Source: a virus
IMG/VR virus record: IMGVR_UViG_3300030103_005357
Span: 32,001 to 96,000 of that record
DNA length: 64,000 nucleotides
Strand: one strand, 5' to 3'
Both the position numbers and the translations under genes were made by a program. Shown piece after piece: positions 38,630-47,801 of this stretch. Below the pieces are notes generated by a model. That model searched no databases. It was not told where the DNA came from and was given only the letters and a program-made list of their open reading frames with translations. The first letter of the stretch is position 1. Each line of letters begins with the position of its first letter.

Positions 38630-38926
38630 TTAATTAAAAGATTCTAGAGCTTCTATAGCATCTTGGAATGTGATGTAAGTATTGTTTTCTATATTGTGTT
38701 GATTCACCCCTTCAGACCATTCGGCATATTCTGGCGTTACTTCCGTATAGGGTAGCCCTTCGAAAAAATCGTCGAATTTTTTCCACCCCATCATTCTGTG
38801 TTCTTTACCACTCAACTGAGTAGCTGCCTTTGCTGCTAGTCAATTGATGCCACAATCAAGGTCTAGTTTTGCGTCTGGGTTTTGAGTTTTTGCGAACTCC
38901 AACAGTTGTTTGTTTGTTATTGTCAT
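38630..38926 (-). CDS. 98-codon ORF with one in-frame TGA at codon 29 (recoded gene or pseudogene)
   Basis: MTITNKQLLEFAKTQNPDAKLDLDCGIN*LAAKAATQLSGKEHR... is in frame with ORF 38630-38815. Confidence 0.6.
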
Positions 38927-38940
38927 TTGCTTGTATTTTT

Positions 38941-39210
38941 TTAATCGATTAAGAATGTACCACCTCCAAACATCCCCTCTTGAGATTTAGCCTCTGCCTT
39001 CAAGATCATTACAGCCCTCAAGTCGCGACCATCTTTTGTTGCAGGGCGAAAATCCAAAATCTTTTCTATTTGTTCCAGCTTCTGCCTGTCTCCAGTGATC
39101 GACAATCCATCAATCGTCTTGAAGATTCCCGCAGCTTTTAGAAACAGTGGGATTTCGTCTGGAGCTTCTTTTTTTAGTTTTTTAATTCGTTCGTGCATCA
39201 TGGTATCCAT
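38941..39210 (-). CDS. hypothetical protein
   Basis: Cassette 1 ORF. Confidence 0.55.
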   Translation of the reverse strand: MDTMMHERIKKLKKEAPDEIPLFLKAAGIFKTIDGLSITGDRQKLEQIEKILDFRPATKDGRDLRAVMILKAEAKSQEGMFGGGTFLID

Positions 39211-39436
39211 TTAGTGAGTTTTGTATGTAGTCTCTAATCTCGATGAACCACTCATCAGATAAATCCATTTGATCACAAAGGTCTTCTGGTATTGAGGCGC
39301 AAGCTATTTTAGCCATCTCTAAGATGGTGACATCATATAACCAGCTTCGTCTGATTTTGGAAAGCTCGGGACCAGAGGGTCTGATCGGAAACGCCTCTGA
39401 GACGGTTTGGTACTGCTTTGGTTCTTCTTTTTTCAT
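39182..39436 (-). CDS. hypothetical protein
   Basis: Cassette 1 ORF. Confidence 0.55.
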   Translation of the reverse strand: MKKEEPKQYQTVSEAFPIRPSGPELSKIRRSWLYDVTILEMAKIACASIPEDLCDQMDLSDEWFIEIRDYIQNSLNGYHDARTN

Positions 39437-39440
39437 AGTA

Positions 39441-39788
39441 TTATAGATTGCTGTATTTTTCCATCAACTCAACTTGAACGTGCTTGTTCCAGATGCTGTG
39501 CATAAGGTCGAACCAACCACCTCCACGTTCAGCTTCACCTACGGAAGAAGGGAAGACCGTTCTAAACTCCTCCATCATGGTATCTAGTTGAGATTCAAAT
39601 TGAACCTGCTCAGGGCTAGCCTCCTCTTTCAACCCATCAACTAACTTTACAGCTTCATCAACCGTTATTAGCTCGCTCCCGTCGCCATTGTAAATGTTCT
39701 TCAGATCATTGGTCTCCATGTAGGATCGGAGTAGAGCATCTAGGAGTCTCTTTGTGCTTACTTGTTTTTTACTTACGTGTTTTTTCAT
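39441..39788 (-). CDS. hypothetical protein, first gene of cassette 1
   Basis: TTGACG-17-TATGTT upstream of ATG 39788. Confidence 0.6.
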   Translation of the reverse strand: MKKHVSKKQVSTKRLLDALLRSYMETNDLKNIYNGDGSELITVDEAVKLVDGLKEEASPEQVQFESQLDTMMEEFRTVFPSSVGEAERGGGWFDLMHSIWNKHVQVELMEKYSNL

Positions 39789-39852
39789 GTCTGAGGGAAA
39801 CATACCATGAAGCGGAAGGGCCGTCAAATTTAAATTAATTAAAAATTCAGAC

Positions 39853-39929
39853 GTAAGCCACTGATTAGCAAGGAGTTACGGCGAACGCCCCCGCCGCCGC
39901 CCGTAACCCGTTGATAGTCAACGAGTTAC
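39853..39929. repeat. 77-bp element, copy 2 (core F)
   Basis: GTAAGCCACTGATTAGCAAGGAGTTAC-GGCGAACGCCCCCGCCGCCGCCC-GTAACCCGTTGATAGTCAACGAGTTAC. Confidence 0.95.
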
Positions 39930-39938
39930 GAGGGTTTT

Positions 39939-40121
39939 TTATTTGGCAGATTTCATTTCTTCTTTTCGCTTTTTCCTATCGCCAAACCAACCAACATCTG
40001 GCGCTTGCATATTTCTGCGTCGCCAAAAATCGTGATAGGCTTTATTGAATTCTTCTCTAAAACCCCTTTTTAAAGTGGCGTATCTGTTTGCTTCTGAGAA
40101 GTCTGGTTTTATTGGTTCCAT
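39939..40121 (-). CDS. hypothetical protein
   Basis: Stop codon 10 bp from element 2. Confidence 0.5.
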   Translation of the reverse strand: MEPIKPDFSEANRYATLKRGFREEFNKAYHDFWRRRNMQAPDVGWFGDRKKRKEEMKSAK

Positions 40122-40232
40122 GTTTTTATCTTTCTGTTCTGTCTATTCTTTCTCTTCTTACTAAAAGTATCAATCCGATAATGATCGTTGCCCAAAACCA
40201 AAATCCCAACCTTGCTAGTAATTTTATCAAAT

Positions 40233-40937
40233 TCATGCTGGCTCCACTACAAAACCCGTTTCATCTTTTTTTGCAAGACCTTTCTCAACTAATCCAACGA
40301 TCACGCCCTTTTTATCTTTAAAGCGGAGGTCATTCTCATCACCATCGACGACGGGAAAACCAAGATAAGTTTTAGGAAGTGAACCACGGAAAACAACCGC
40401 GACATTCCCGCCTAGCGAAAGAATCTTTTTTATTCTGTCATCGCTAGTCTCTTCACTGCGGGAAAAGGTCAGGTGGTAGTTTTTAGGCATCTTGCCATCA
40501 AGCCATTTTCTCATTCTATAAAATCCCTTGGTGTAATCATAAAAATTTACCTCTGGAAACTCTTCGATCACACTTGTCTTGCTCCCCTTCTTCATATTCT
40601 CCCAAGGAATATCACTTGTCAGATTGAGACGGAAACAAGGAGTGAGATTTTTTCTCGCGGCACTTTTGATAGCCTTTCCTATTTCAATTCTAAGATCCGA
40701 CATGAAACCGAAGTTATCTTTAAAGAACCTCCGCGTTTTAGCGATTCTAGAATTTTGCACGTTGGACATACAACCGCGCCCCGCTGTATCTAAACAAGCT
40801 GCACGACATCCTGCGCTTGCCCATTGGCAAACGTTAAATCCTGATTTAGTAGCAGGGGAAAGATGGAGACCGAACGTGCGGAATCCAACCTTTTCACCCT
40901 TAAGGGTTTTGGCGTTGCCTGAGTTAAGTAGTTTCAT
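40233..40937 (-). CDS. Gp88-like Cys-cluster (radical-SAM-related) phage protein
   Basis: C..AS.GC.A.CL..AGRG, RLN..SD, FYDYTK, YHLTFS.SE and DGDE.DLRF. Confidence 0.75.
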   Translation of the reverse strand: MKLLNSGNAKTLKGEKVGFRTFGLHLSPATKSGFNVCQWASAGCRAACLDTAGRGCMSNVQNSRIAKTRRFFKDNFGFMSDLRIEIGKAIKSAARKNLTPCFRLNLTSDIPWENMKKGSKTSVIEEFPEVNFYDYTKGFYRMRKWLDGKMPKNYHLTFSRSEETSDDRIKKILSLGGNVAVVFRGSLPKTYLGFPVVDGDENDLRFKDKKGVIVGLVEKGLAKKDETGFVVEPA

Positions 40938-40939
40938 AA

Positions 40940-41290
40940 TTACCACCAGCAAGAATAAAAAACTTTGTCCCCCTCATCGATAGCCTTTAGACCGTCCTTG
41001 ATAAAGTCGAGATCCTTCTCTTTTCTCCACTCGTCTTGACTGCTGTCAGCACCATAAAAGAAACCCATAGTTACTGGTAGTTTTCCAGCCTCAACCACTG
41101 CCCACAGACTTTCTAAATCCTCGGCAGTCAATTGCATGACTTCACAATTCAAATCGTTGGCTGGCTTTCCCGTTTTGAGAGTCCAGAGTTTTTCCATCCA
41201 GCCTTGCAAGGCGTTGTGCTTTCTCCAAGAGGCGAGTTCTACATCCTCTCCGTTGGAGTCCTGTCTATGTGCATATTGGTCTAATCCCAT
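40940..41290 (-). CDS. conserved phage hypothetical protein
   Basis: MGLDQYA...WRKHN.L.GW...Y..WW; own promoter. Confidence 0.7.
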   Translation of the reverse strand: MGLDQYAHRQDSNGEDVELASWRKHNALQGWMEKLWTLKTGKPANDLNCEVMQLTAEDLESLWAVVEAGKLPVTMGFFYGADSSQDEWRKEKDLDFIKDGLKAIDEGDKVFYSCWW

Positions 41291-41401
41291 AACGAAAGTA
41301 TTTTGACAGGATGTTTCCTGAGAGACAAGAGTTTTTTTGATTTTTTATTATTTTAATTTGCGCTTGCACTCTTAGTTTTTTGTGATATGGAAACAATCCT
41401 T

Positions 41402-41478
41402 GTAACTCACTGATTGATAAGGAGTTACGGGGCGCGGCGGGGCGGTTCGCCGTAACTCGCTGGTAGTCAACGAGTTAC
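41402..41478. repeat. 77-bp element, copy 3 (core reversed, R)
   Basis: GTAACTCACTGATTGATAAGGAGTTAC-GGGGCGCGGCGGGGCGGTTCGCC-GTAACTCGCTGGTAGTCAACGAGTTAC. Confidence 0.95.
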
Positions 41479-41485
41479 GGAGTTT

Positions 41486-42589
41486 TTACTTAATGATTTT
41501 TTTACGATAGTTCTCTTCTATGCATTCCGATGTGAAAGAATCGAGCCATCCGTTTGCCGTGTCTATGTCGCGATTAAGAGCGTAAACAGGAGTCCCATCC
41601 TCATGGCTGATGTGAATTTCCAAATGCCCATCGCAATCACCTGCGACGGTGTGGCGTTGACCATTTAAGTGTACGGTCCATTTTTTAATCTTCATCTGGC
41701 AATGGCTCAAAGGGAGCAAATGGTTCTTTCCCATATTCAAGGAAGTGCATATGCTGCTTTGCATATTGATAGACCTTGTTCATGGCTTCCTTCACTTCTT
41801 CTCTTTCTTGATAAGCTTTATCCCAAGCCTCATCGCCTAGAGGGTAGTAATCTCTCTGATGGAAGGTTGTATCAAAAAGCAATTTAATTTGCGCCTCGCT
41901 TACTGCTTCAAACAATTCATTGTATTGTTTGCGTAGGCTGTCTTCTCCCGATCCATTCATATGGATGCAGGGCATTGTGTGTTCTTTAATCATGATTTTA
42001 ATTCTTTTTTTCTTTCGTATTCAACCATCTCCTCATCGATTCTAAAAGAGTCACCGATATAACTGCTTTCATCTGGCAATGGCAAGCTGCCATTTTCTGC
42101 GATGTTAACTGCTTCATCCCAAGATTCTGCTTCTACCATCATTGTTCCGTAAACCTCCCATGAGCATGGGACTCCATATGTTTTTTTCATAATCTTTCTG
42201 AATCATACCGTCGGATCAAAACAAAACCCAACTCTTTAAGTGCTTCTATGTCGCTAATTGTTAAAGTTTTTCTTCCTGTTAGTTTCCTTATAGAGTTCCT
42301 AACAGATTCTTCTTTTACATAAGTAAGTTCATTACCCCAAACTTCTTTTCTTATTACTTCTATTGTCATGGTTTTAGCTTTCGCGGTGAATTTGTGTAAA
42401 GCCTAGCTTATCAAACACTTCTGATAGTTCAATCGCACCGTGTGTAGAGATAGGGATGCGAGTTTTCTTCTTATCAAAATCCCATTCAATGGAATATTCT
42501 AAGCCTTTATAGCCATCCTCTTCCCTTCGGACGCTAAAGGTCTTGTTGAAGTGTCCTGTCAATTTAATGGTTGGTGTTTCGTTGTTCAT
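41486..42589 (-). other. operon of five small hypothetical genes (41486-41695, 41685-41993, 41990-42190, 42187-42369, 42374-42589)
   Basis: Tightly coupled ORFs with overlapping stop and start codons. Confidence 0.6.
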
Positions 42590-42593
42590 AGTT

Positions 42594-42950
42594 TTATTCT
42601 GCGAAAATTACATAACCGTGCTTGTTGCCGCGAATCACAACAATTTCAGCTTCATGGATAGGATTGTTGCGCTCATCAATAAAGGTCTTAGCCTTATAAG
42701 GGTTGTAGGTTACAGAAGCATTAGGAACTTTCGAGTAAGTGATTTGATTAAGCTCCTCGCCTACAATTACAGCATGGACATTTTTTCTTTGTTCTTTTAA
42801 AACCCGCTGACGACCAGCTTCGGAGACTTTGAACTTGGCATTTTTAACAATGCACTGCTCTGCATGGCGAACTACTCTCCACGCACCATCAACTTTTTCT
42901 TGAATGCTTAGGCATCGCTTGTGGCGGTTGTAGTAAACTTTGATTTCCAT
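42594..42950 (-). CDS. conserved phage hypothetical protein
   Basis: VYYN.HK..LS, FKVSEAGRQRVLKE.RKNVHA and YNPYK motifs; own promoter. Confidence 0.7.
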   Translation of the reverse strand: MEIKVYYNRHKRCLSIQEKVDGAWRVVRHAEQCIVKNAKFKVSEAGRQRVLKEQRKNVHAVIVGEELNQITYSKVPNASVTYNPYKAKTFIDERNNPIHEAEIVVIRGNKHGYVIFAE

Positions 42951-43023
42951 AACGAGGGTATTTTGACAGAATTTGATTTTAAGACAAGCCTTTTTTAATG
43001 TTTTTAATTAAAAAAAAATCTTC

Positions 43024-43100
43024 ATAAGTCACTGAACGATAGTGAGTTACGGCGAACGGACCCGCCGCCGCCCGTAACTCCTTGATACTCAATGACTTAC
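43024..43100. repeat. 77-bp element, copy 4 (core F)
   Basis: ATAAGTCACTGAACGATAGTGAGTTAC-GGCGAACGGACCCGCCGCCGCCC-GTAACTCCTTGATACTCAATGACTTAC. Confidence 0.95.
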
Positions 43101-43123
43101 AGCGTTTTTTATTTCTGCAAGAG

Positions 43124-43157
43124 AAAACCCCGCCCCCCATGCAGAGGGGACGGGGTT
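43124..43157 (-). terminator. intrinsic terminator for - strand transcription
   Basis: AAAACCCCGCCCCC...GGGGGACGGGGTT hairpin with T tract on the - strand. Confidence 0.65.
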
Positions 43158-43326
43158 AGCTATCGACCACGATGAAAATTAAAAGGCCATCTTAAGAAGA
43201 TGCACAACGCCGATAAAGGAGATTAGCCCTGACAAAAGCAGAATGCAAGTAAAAACTACATTCTCGAAAAAAGTTCTATCCTGTTCTTTCATGATAAGAA
43301 GCCCCCCTCGCGGGGGGCGTTATAGG

Positions 43327-44082
43327 TTAGGCAGACAAAACAACTGCGGAAGCGCGATCCTCTTCAGTGATAACTGGGTTTGCCACCCTATCAAAGATTG
43401 ATTGCATACGCATGGTGCGGTCAGACAACTTGGAAAGGTCGCTACCCTTGAGATTCTCGGTGACAGAATTGTAGAGAGTCCAGAGAGAGCCGCCCTTGAA
43501 TTCTTCATGGCGAGGGTTGCGGAACTCCTCAACTGCTTTGTAGATATCACGGGCGGGAAACGCTTTGGAATCGACAAGCTCGACAATCAAGTCAGAGGCA
43601 GACTCGACTTCAGTTTGCTGGTAAGACTCAATGCGCTTCGCCATGTCAGACCAATGATCTTTGACCTTGGCAACGGCAGAAGAAAGCACACGGGGAAGAT
43701 CTGACAGAATGTTAGTGGTATGACGGCGAGCCAGCTTCACATCAGAAGAGAAGCAAAGATTTTCACAAACCATCATTTGATTGCCAGCAGCAATAGAAGC
43801 AGCAAAAGATTTGTCGTGAGCATTGCGAAGGCCCAAGACGATCTTGCGATCCTCTCCAGAAATGTCCTTACCCTTGAGGGCAAAGCCTCCGAAGTAACGA
43901 AGGCCACCACGGGCAAGAGCATGCTCTTCCTCGGAGACTTCAAACCCAGCGCGACCAATGGCATCGCGGGTCATATCCACCAACTTGCGGTGAGGGATTG
44001 GGGTATGGGTTGCGGTTGCTTCTGGGGTTTGGACTCCAGAAAGGGCTTCGGCATCAATTTTGTTTTTAGCGTAGATAAGCAT
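43327..44082 (-). CDS. DUF932/DUF945-family phage/plasmid protein
   Basis: LGLRNAHDKS, VCENL, RHT and LWTLYN.VTE; TTGTGC-17-CATACT before ATG 44082. Confidence 0.75.
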   Translation of the reverse strand: MLIYAKNKIDAEALSGVQTPEATATHTPIPHRKLVDMTRDAIGRAGFEVSEEEHALARGGLRYFGGFALKGKDISGEDRKIVLGLRNAHDKSFAASIAAGNQMMVCENLCFSSDVKLARRHTTNILSDLPRVLSSAVAKVKDHWSDMAKRIESYQQTEVESASDLIVELVDSKAFPARDIYKAVEEFRNPRHEEFKGGSLWTLYNSVTENLKGSDLSKLSDRTMRMQSIFDRVANPVITEEDRASAVVLSA

Positions 44083-44220
44083 AACGGCAGGAGTATGACC
44101 TAAAAAAACACTTTGCACAACAACTAATTGAACAAAAATGAAAATAATTTGTAGGTCAGAATATTTTGCGGAAATAAATATTGACATACCCCCCAGCCTT
44201 ATGATAGAGAGAAAACCTCC

Positions 44221-44297
44221 GTAACTCACTACTACTCAACGAGTTACGGGCCACCGAGGGGCGCTTCGCCGTAACTTACTGATTGTCAATGAGTTAC
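44221..44297. repeat. 77-bp element, copy 5 (core R)
   Basis: GTAACTCACTACTACTCAACGAGTTAC-GGGCCACCGAGGGGCGCTTCGCC-GTAACTTACTGATTGTCAATGAGTTAC. Confidence 0.95.
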
Positions 44298-44386
44298 GAT
44301 GGTTTTACAGTAACTCCTAAAAAAACAAAAAAAACCCCTCCCACTGTCTAGAAAAGCGGGAGAGGTTTGGATAGTCAACCTTTCGA

Positions 44387-44593
44387 TTAACTAAGAGCAA
44401 ACTTTTCGTTTAATGCGGAAACGTGCTTGCGTGTCCACTTCACATTATCCACGAAGTTTTCAAACTTATCATCTTGGACATCACCCATTCTTTCGGCTAG
44501 GTGTTGATGAACGAGACGCAAAGCATATTCAAGCATGATAGCCTGATCTTGGTTTCTCACTTCGATACGGACGGATTCAGTTGATTTAGGCAT
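44387..44593 (-). CDS. hypothetical protein
   Basis: TTGACA-17-TAAAGT-6-ATG. Confidence 0.6.
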   Translation of the reverse strand: MPKSTESVRIEVRNQDQAIMLEYALRLVHQHLAERMGDVQDDKFENFVDNVKWTRKHVSALNEKFALS

Positions 44594-44637
44594 AATTTGA
44601 CTTTAGTTTATAGTTTCTTATCTGTCAAGTAAAAAGA

Positions 44638-45651
44638 TTACTTGTTGTGCAGCTTGTTGTGCAGCTTGTGCATATCGAAGAAGAGTCTCTGCCAGCAGTT
44701 AGCTTTCCTGCCCGATACCGCTTTGATACCTTTTGACTCATATTTCAAAACCGCAAAGTGAAACTGAGTAAAAGTTTTTAGTTTGTCTTTTCTCGGATGA
44801 TTGCCCCCAATGCTCCAAACACCATTCTTGATGATTTTTTTGATGAGATCGATATCATACAGCCCTCCCAATCCTCTATCCTTGATAGAGTCTAGTAGAA
44901 ACTGTGGCAATCCAGACCACATTTGCATTCCAAATTTCTTTTGGTCTGCTATCTCCTTACTGAATACGTGATCAATGATGACAACTGTGTCATTCATTAC
45001 TTTCTTGATGATAGCAGCCCTTTCTTTTGGGACTAGCAATCTATTTTTTAACACTCCATTGATGGCAGCTAGGATCTGCCCATGAAAAGACGCAACATTA
45101 GCACCAAGATCAAGAGCTTTCTCTTTGGTCGGATTCAACGGATTGTAACCAAGTTTTTTGAAAAGTTTGATTATACCATGAATGTTATCAGGATCACTTT
45201 CTTTGAGTCTAGTGATTGCCTTAGCCTTAGCCCAAAAGCGAGCATTCACTTCCCATTGGCTTTTTGTTCTTGGGTCGTTAGCTCGCAAGCATCTTGTGAT
45301 TGATGCTAGCGTATTGACGACCCTGCAATCAATAACATCATAAGGGGAAGCGCAAATTCTATGCTGACCATCAGTAATCTGAGGATAGTATTTGCCTTTA
45401 TGTTTGTGCAGATAGATGTTGGGCAAATCGCAATCGTCATCATCCCAATTGTTTTTGATGTTCTCAATCTGACTCTTGTTCAATGCTCTTTGGAAGCTCT
45501 CATCGATTCCAATATTTTCTTTTTTGATTTGCGCTATCTTATAGATCCCCACCTTTTTAATCTGTGGAGCCTTAGATAGAGGCTTTGCGTTTAGACCGTA
45601 GTCTGTTACTGCTTTATGCGTGTTCTGATAGAACTTAGTTTTATTACTCAT
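44638..45651 (-). CDS. ParB/Srx N-terminal-domain protein
   Basis: IDESFQR.L and ITDGQHR motifs. Confidence 0.65.
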   Translation of the reverse strand: MSNKTKFYQNTHKAVTDYGLNAKPLSKAPQIKKVGIYKIAQIKKENIGIDESFQRALNKSQIENIKNNWDDDDCDLPNIYLHKHKGKYYPQITDGQHRICASPYDVIDCRVVNTLASITRCLRANDPRTKSQWEVNARFWAKAKAITRLKESDPDNIHGIIKLFKKLGYNPLNPTKEKALDLGANVASFHGQILAAINGVLKNRLLVPKERAAIIKKVMNDTVVIIDHVFSKEIADQKKFGMQMWSGLPQFLLDSIKDRGLGGLYDIDLIKKIIKNGVWSIGGNHPRKDKLKTFTQFHFAVLKYESKGIKAVSGRKANCWQRLFFDMHKLHNKLHNK

Positions 45652-45841
45652 AACGTTTTTAGTTTCTTGTTCTTTGGTTGATGCCCCCGAATCAGTAGTT
45701 CATCAGCGACAGAGAGAGTCTAACTGGATTTAGTTTATATGCAAGATTTTTTATTAATTTAAAATGCAGCTCAGAGTATTTCGCGCCAAATATCTCTTGA
45801 GACAATCCACCACCCCAAAAACATAGTTACAAAAAAACCCC

Positions 45842-45918
45842 GTAAGTCACTGATAATCAACGACTTACGGGCGGCGGCGGGGCGCTTCCCCGTAACTCGC
45901 TGATTACCAACAAGTTAC
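45842..45918. repeat. 77-bp element, copy 6 (core R)
   Basis: GTAAGTCACTGATAATCAACGACTTAC-GGGCGGCGGCGGGGCGCTTCCCC-GTAACTCGCTGATTACCAACAAGTTAC. Confidence 0.95.
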
Positions 45919-45928
45919 GAGGCTTTTC

Positions 45929-46183
45929 CTACTTAGTAGGATCGTCGCAAGCAGGGCCGACATCCCCATCGCGCCCCTCAGAGTGAAAAAAGTCTCCGTC
46001 ACACTCGCACAACCACCAGCGCGAGCGCCTGACCTTCCCCCGCTTACCAGCCCAGTCGGGGCCACAAGCATCCTCCCAAGCTTCCTCGGGGGAGGTTCCG
46101 AAACCTTGATTCAACAGCTGAAGCCCAAAAGGGCAGGACTGCTTTTTAGAACGGACAACATAGTGTTTAGTAGTGCTGGACAT
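45929..46183 (-). CDS. hypothetical protein
   Basis: TTGCTA-17-TATTCT-6-ATG. Confidence 0.55.
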   Translation of the reverse strand: MSSTTKHYVVRSKKQSCPFGLQLLNQGFGTSPEEAWEDACGPDWAGKRGKVRRSRWWLCECDGDFFHSEGRDGDVGPACDDPTK

Positions 46184-46237
46184 GGGAGTAGAATAAACAG
46201 AAAATGCGATACTAGCAAGACATTTTAAAATCTTTTT

Positions 46238-46477
46238 TTATTCTGCGTCGAGGTGATTTTGAAGAGCTTGCGCGTCTGCGGGTGACAGGCCATCCTCATC
46301 AGAAGACCATTCGGGATTGCGGTCGCCCATGTCGTTGTGGATCTGCGCGAGCAAATCTTGCATTACTTCGTCCGTGGGGTTGAAGTTGCCAGCGCGAGGT
46401 CCATCGTCAAGCATATCGCGCAAGTCAGTTTCATTCATAGGAGGGAGGGTATCAACAATAGGATTTTGAACTGTCAT
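46238..46477 (-). CDS. acidic hypothetical protein
   Basis: TTGACC-17-CATACT-6-ATG; Asp-rich. Confidence 0.6.
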   Translation of the reverse strand: MTVQNPIVDTLPPMNETDLRDMLDDGPRAGNFNPTDEVMQDLLAQIHNDMGDRNPEWSSDEDGLSPADAQALQNHLDAE

Positions 46478-46614
46478 GGCGGGAGTATGGTTCAGAATTT
46501 ATGATGGGTCAACCTATAAAAACATTTTTTTTGATTTTAATGTAGCTCAGGATATTTTTCGCCAAATATCTTATGGGGCAATCCACCCCAGAAACGCAGT
46601 CAGAAGAGAGCTTC

Positions 46615-46691
46615 GTAACTCACTGATACTCAACGAGTTACGGCGAACCGCCCCGCCCCCGCCCGTAACTCCTTGACGCTCAACGAGTTAC
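46615..46691. repeat. 77-bp element, copy 7 (core F)
   Basis: GTAACTCACTGATACTCAACGAGTTAC-GGCGAACCGCCCCGCCCCCGCCC-GTAACTCCTTGACGCTCAACGAGTTAC. Confidence 0.95.
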
Positions 46692-47278
46692 AGCGTTTTA
46701 TCTAACCACAAAGAAACTTCCCATTTTCTCCGACGCTCCAAACCTTTTCGGATTTTTCCCGCTGCCATTCTATATTGAGGCATAACCACCTCAACGCTTT
46801 TATAGTTTCCATTATTGAGTCTATTCTTTTTTTCGCAGACGAGTTTGCGAAGTGAACCTTGACCACAGTTGAAAGTAAAACTTGTGAGTGATGCCAATTG
46901 GTTTTCAGTCAATGGAACTTTTACAATTCTCAACACATGATTTTTTGCGACAAGTAATTCTTCTTCTAACAGTTTTAATGCTTCGGCTTCTGTGATGGTG
47001 TCTCCCCACTTAACATTTTTGGTATGCCCATAGCCGATAGTCATGACTCCACCACTGCAACGATATGCCTCAGACTTAAAACTCTCATATTGTTTTACCC
47101 TATCAAACATTTTATCCCAAGGGGAAACCTCTTTTTTATAAACTCGATTCGGCTTAACAAGCAAAGGGACATTCTCTTGCTTTTCGGCGATCATCGGGAG
47201 GATCTCTATTGGCTCCTCAGTATTTAAGAGGAGATAAACTGATGTGGCTAGTAGTGTGATCATAAAAAGTTTTTTCAT
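46688..47278 (-). CDS. GH24 phage lysozyme with N-terminal membrane anchor
   Basis: E...AY.CSGGVMTIGYGHT, LTSFTFNCG and GLERRR..E; stop codon lies inside element 7. Confidence 0.88.
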   Translation of the reverse strand: MKKLFMITLLATSVYLLLNTEEPIEILPMIAEKQENVPLLVKPNRVYKKEVSPWDKMFDRVKQYESFKSEAYRCSGGVMTIGYGHTKNVKWGDTITEAEALKLLEEELLVAKNHVLRIVKVPLTENQLASLTSFTFNCGQGSLRKLVCEKKNRLNNGNYKSVEVVMPQYRMAAGKIRKGLERRRKWEVSLWLDKTL

Positions 47279-47279
47279 T

Positions 47280-47444
47280 TTATTTATTATCAAAGTGATT
47301 TCTCAACCATCCTTCGACGGCTTCCTTACCAAACCGATTATGTAAACGGCGCAGAGTAAAGTGGCTTCTACTTATTACACCATCAACCTCAAGCTCCGCG
47401 ATGTATTCTTGCATGGCTTTTTCGAATTTTTCTTTTTCTGTCAT
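47280..47444 (-). CDS. 54-aa hypothetical protein (MTEKEKFEKAMQEY...), not in the ORF track
   Basis: Hand translation; sits between paralog A and the lysozyme. Confidence 0.55.
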   Translation of the reverse strand: MTEKEKFEKAMQEYIAELEVDGVISRSHFTLRRLHNRFGKEAVEGWLRNHFDNK

Positions 47445-47446
47445 GA

Positions 47447-47590
47447 TTATTTTAATTCCTCCAATTCAACTTTTAACTCTTGGCACTCTTTCTGGAATTG
47501 ACCTGAGACTTCGACGACCCTATCGACCATCTTGTCCCAATTTTCTTCTGCTTTTGCCATCGCTGCCAATGCTTCTTCTGTCGCTGTCAT
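47447..47590 (-). CDS. 47-aa helical protein, paralog A (MTATEEALAAMAKAEENWDKMVDR...)
   Basis: TTGACC-16-TATACT-6-ATG; near-identical N-terminus to 50108-50275. Confidence 0.75.
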   Translation of the reverse strand: MTATEEALAAMAKAEENWDKMVDRVVEVSGQFQKECQELKVELEELK

Positions 47591-47662
47591 GTGGGAAGTA
47601 TATCAGAAAATGTGATGAGGTCAACCCCTAAACGCACTTTTTTAATTTATTTTTAGGGAAAT

Positions 47663-47801
47663 TGGTCGCTCTAAAAGGACTTGCACCTTTATCTTTCTCG
47701 CCCGAACCATTGGGGTTGCGGTGACTTTCTCGCCGAGATTATCATCGAGCGTGTTATTGAAGAGGTCGTGGAGATTGTCTTGCTTGTTAGACTATAGAGC
47801 T
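47663..47801 (-). ncRNA. tRNA-like RNA with a 71-nt structured insert in place of the anticodon loop
   Basis: GCTCTA/TAGAGC acceptor plus ACCA, GTCT/AGAC D stem, AAAGG-TGCAAGT-CCTTT T arm; own TTGTCC-17-TATAAT promoter. Confidence 0.7.

Noticed and set aside
43327-44229. ORF-track N-terminal extensions (44229, 49277, 48694, 50010, 11695, 59705, 29410)
   Set aside because: They run through promoters, elements, tRNAs or upstream genes; downstream ATGs fit the promoter spacing.
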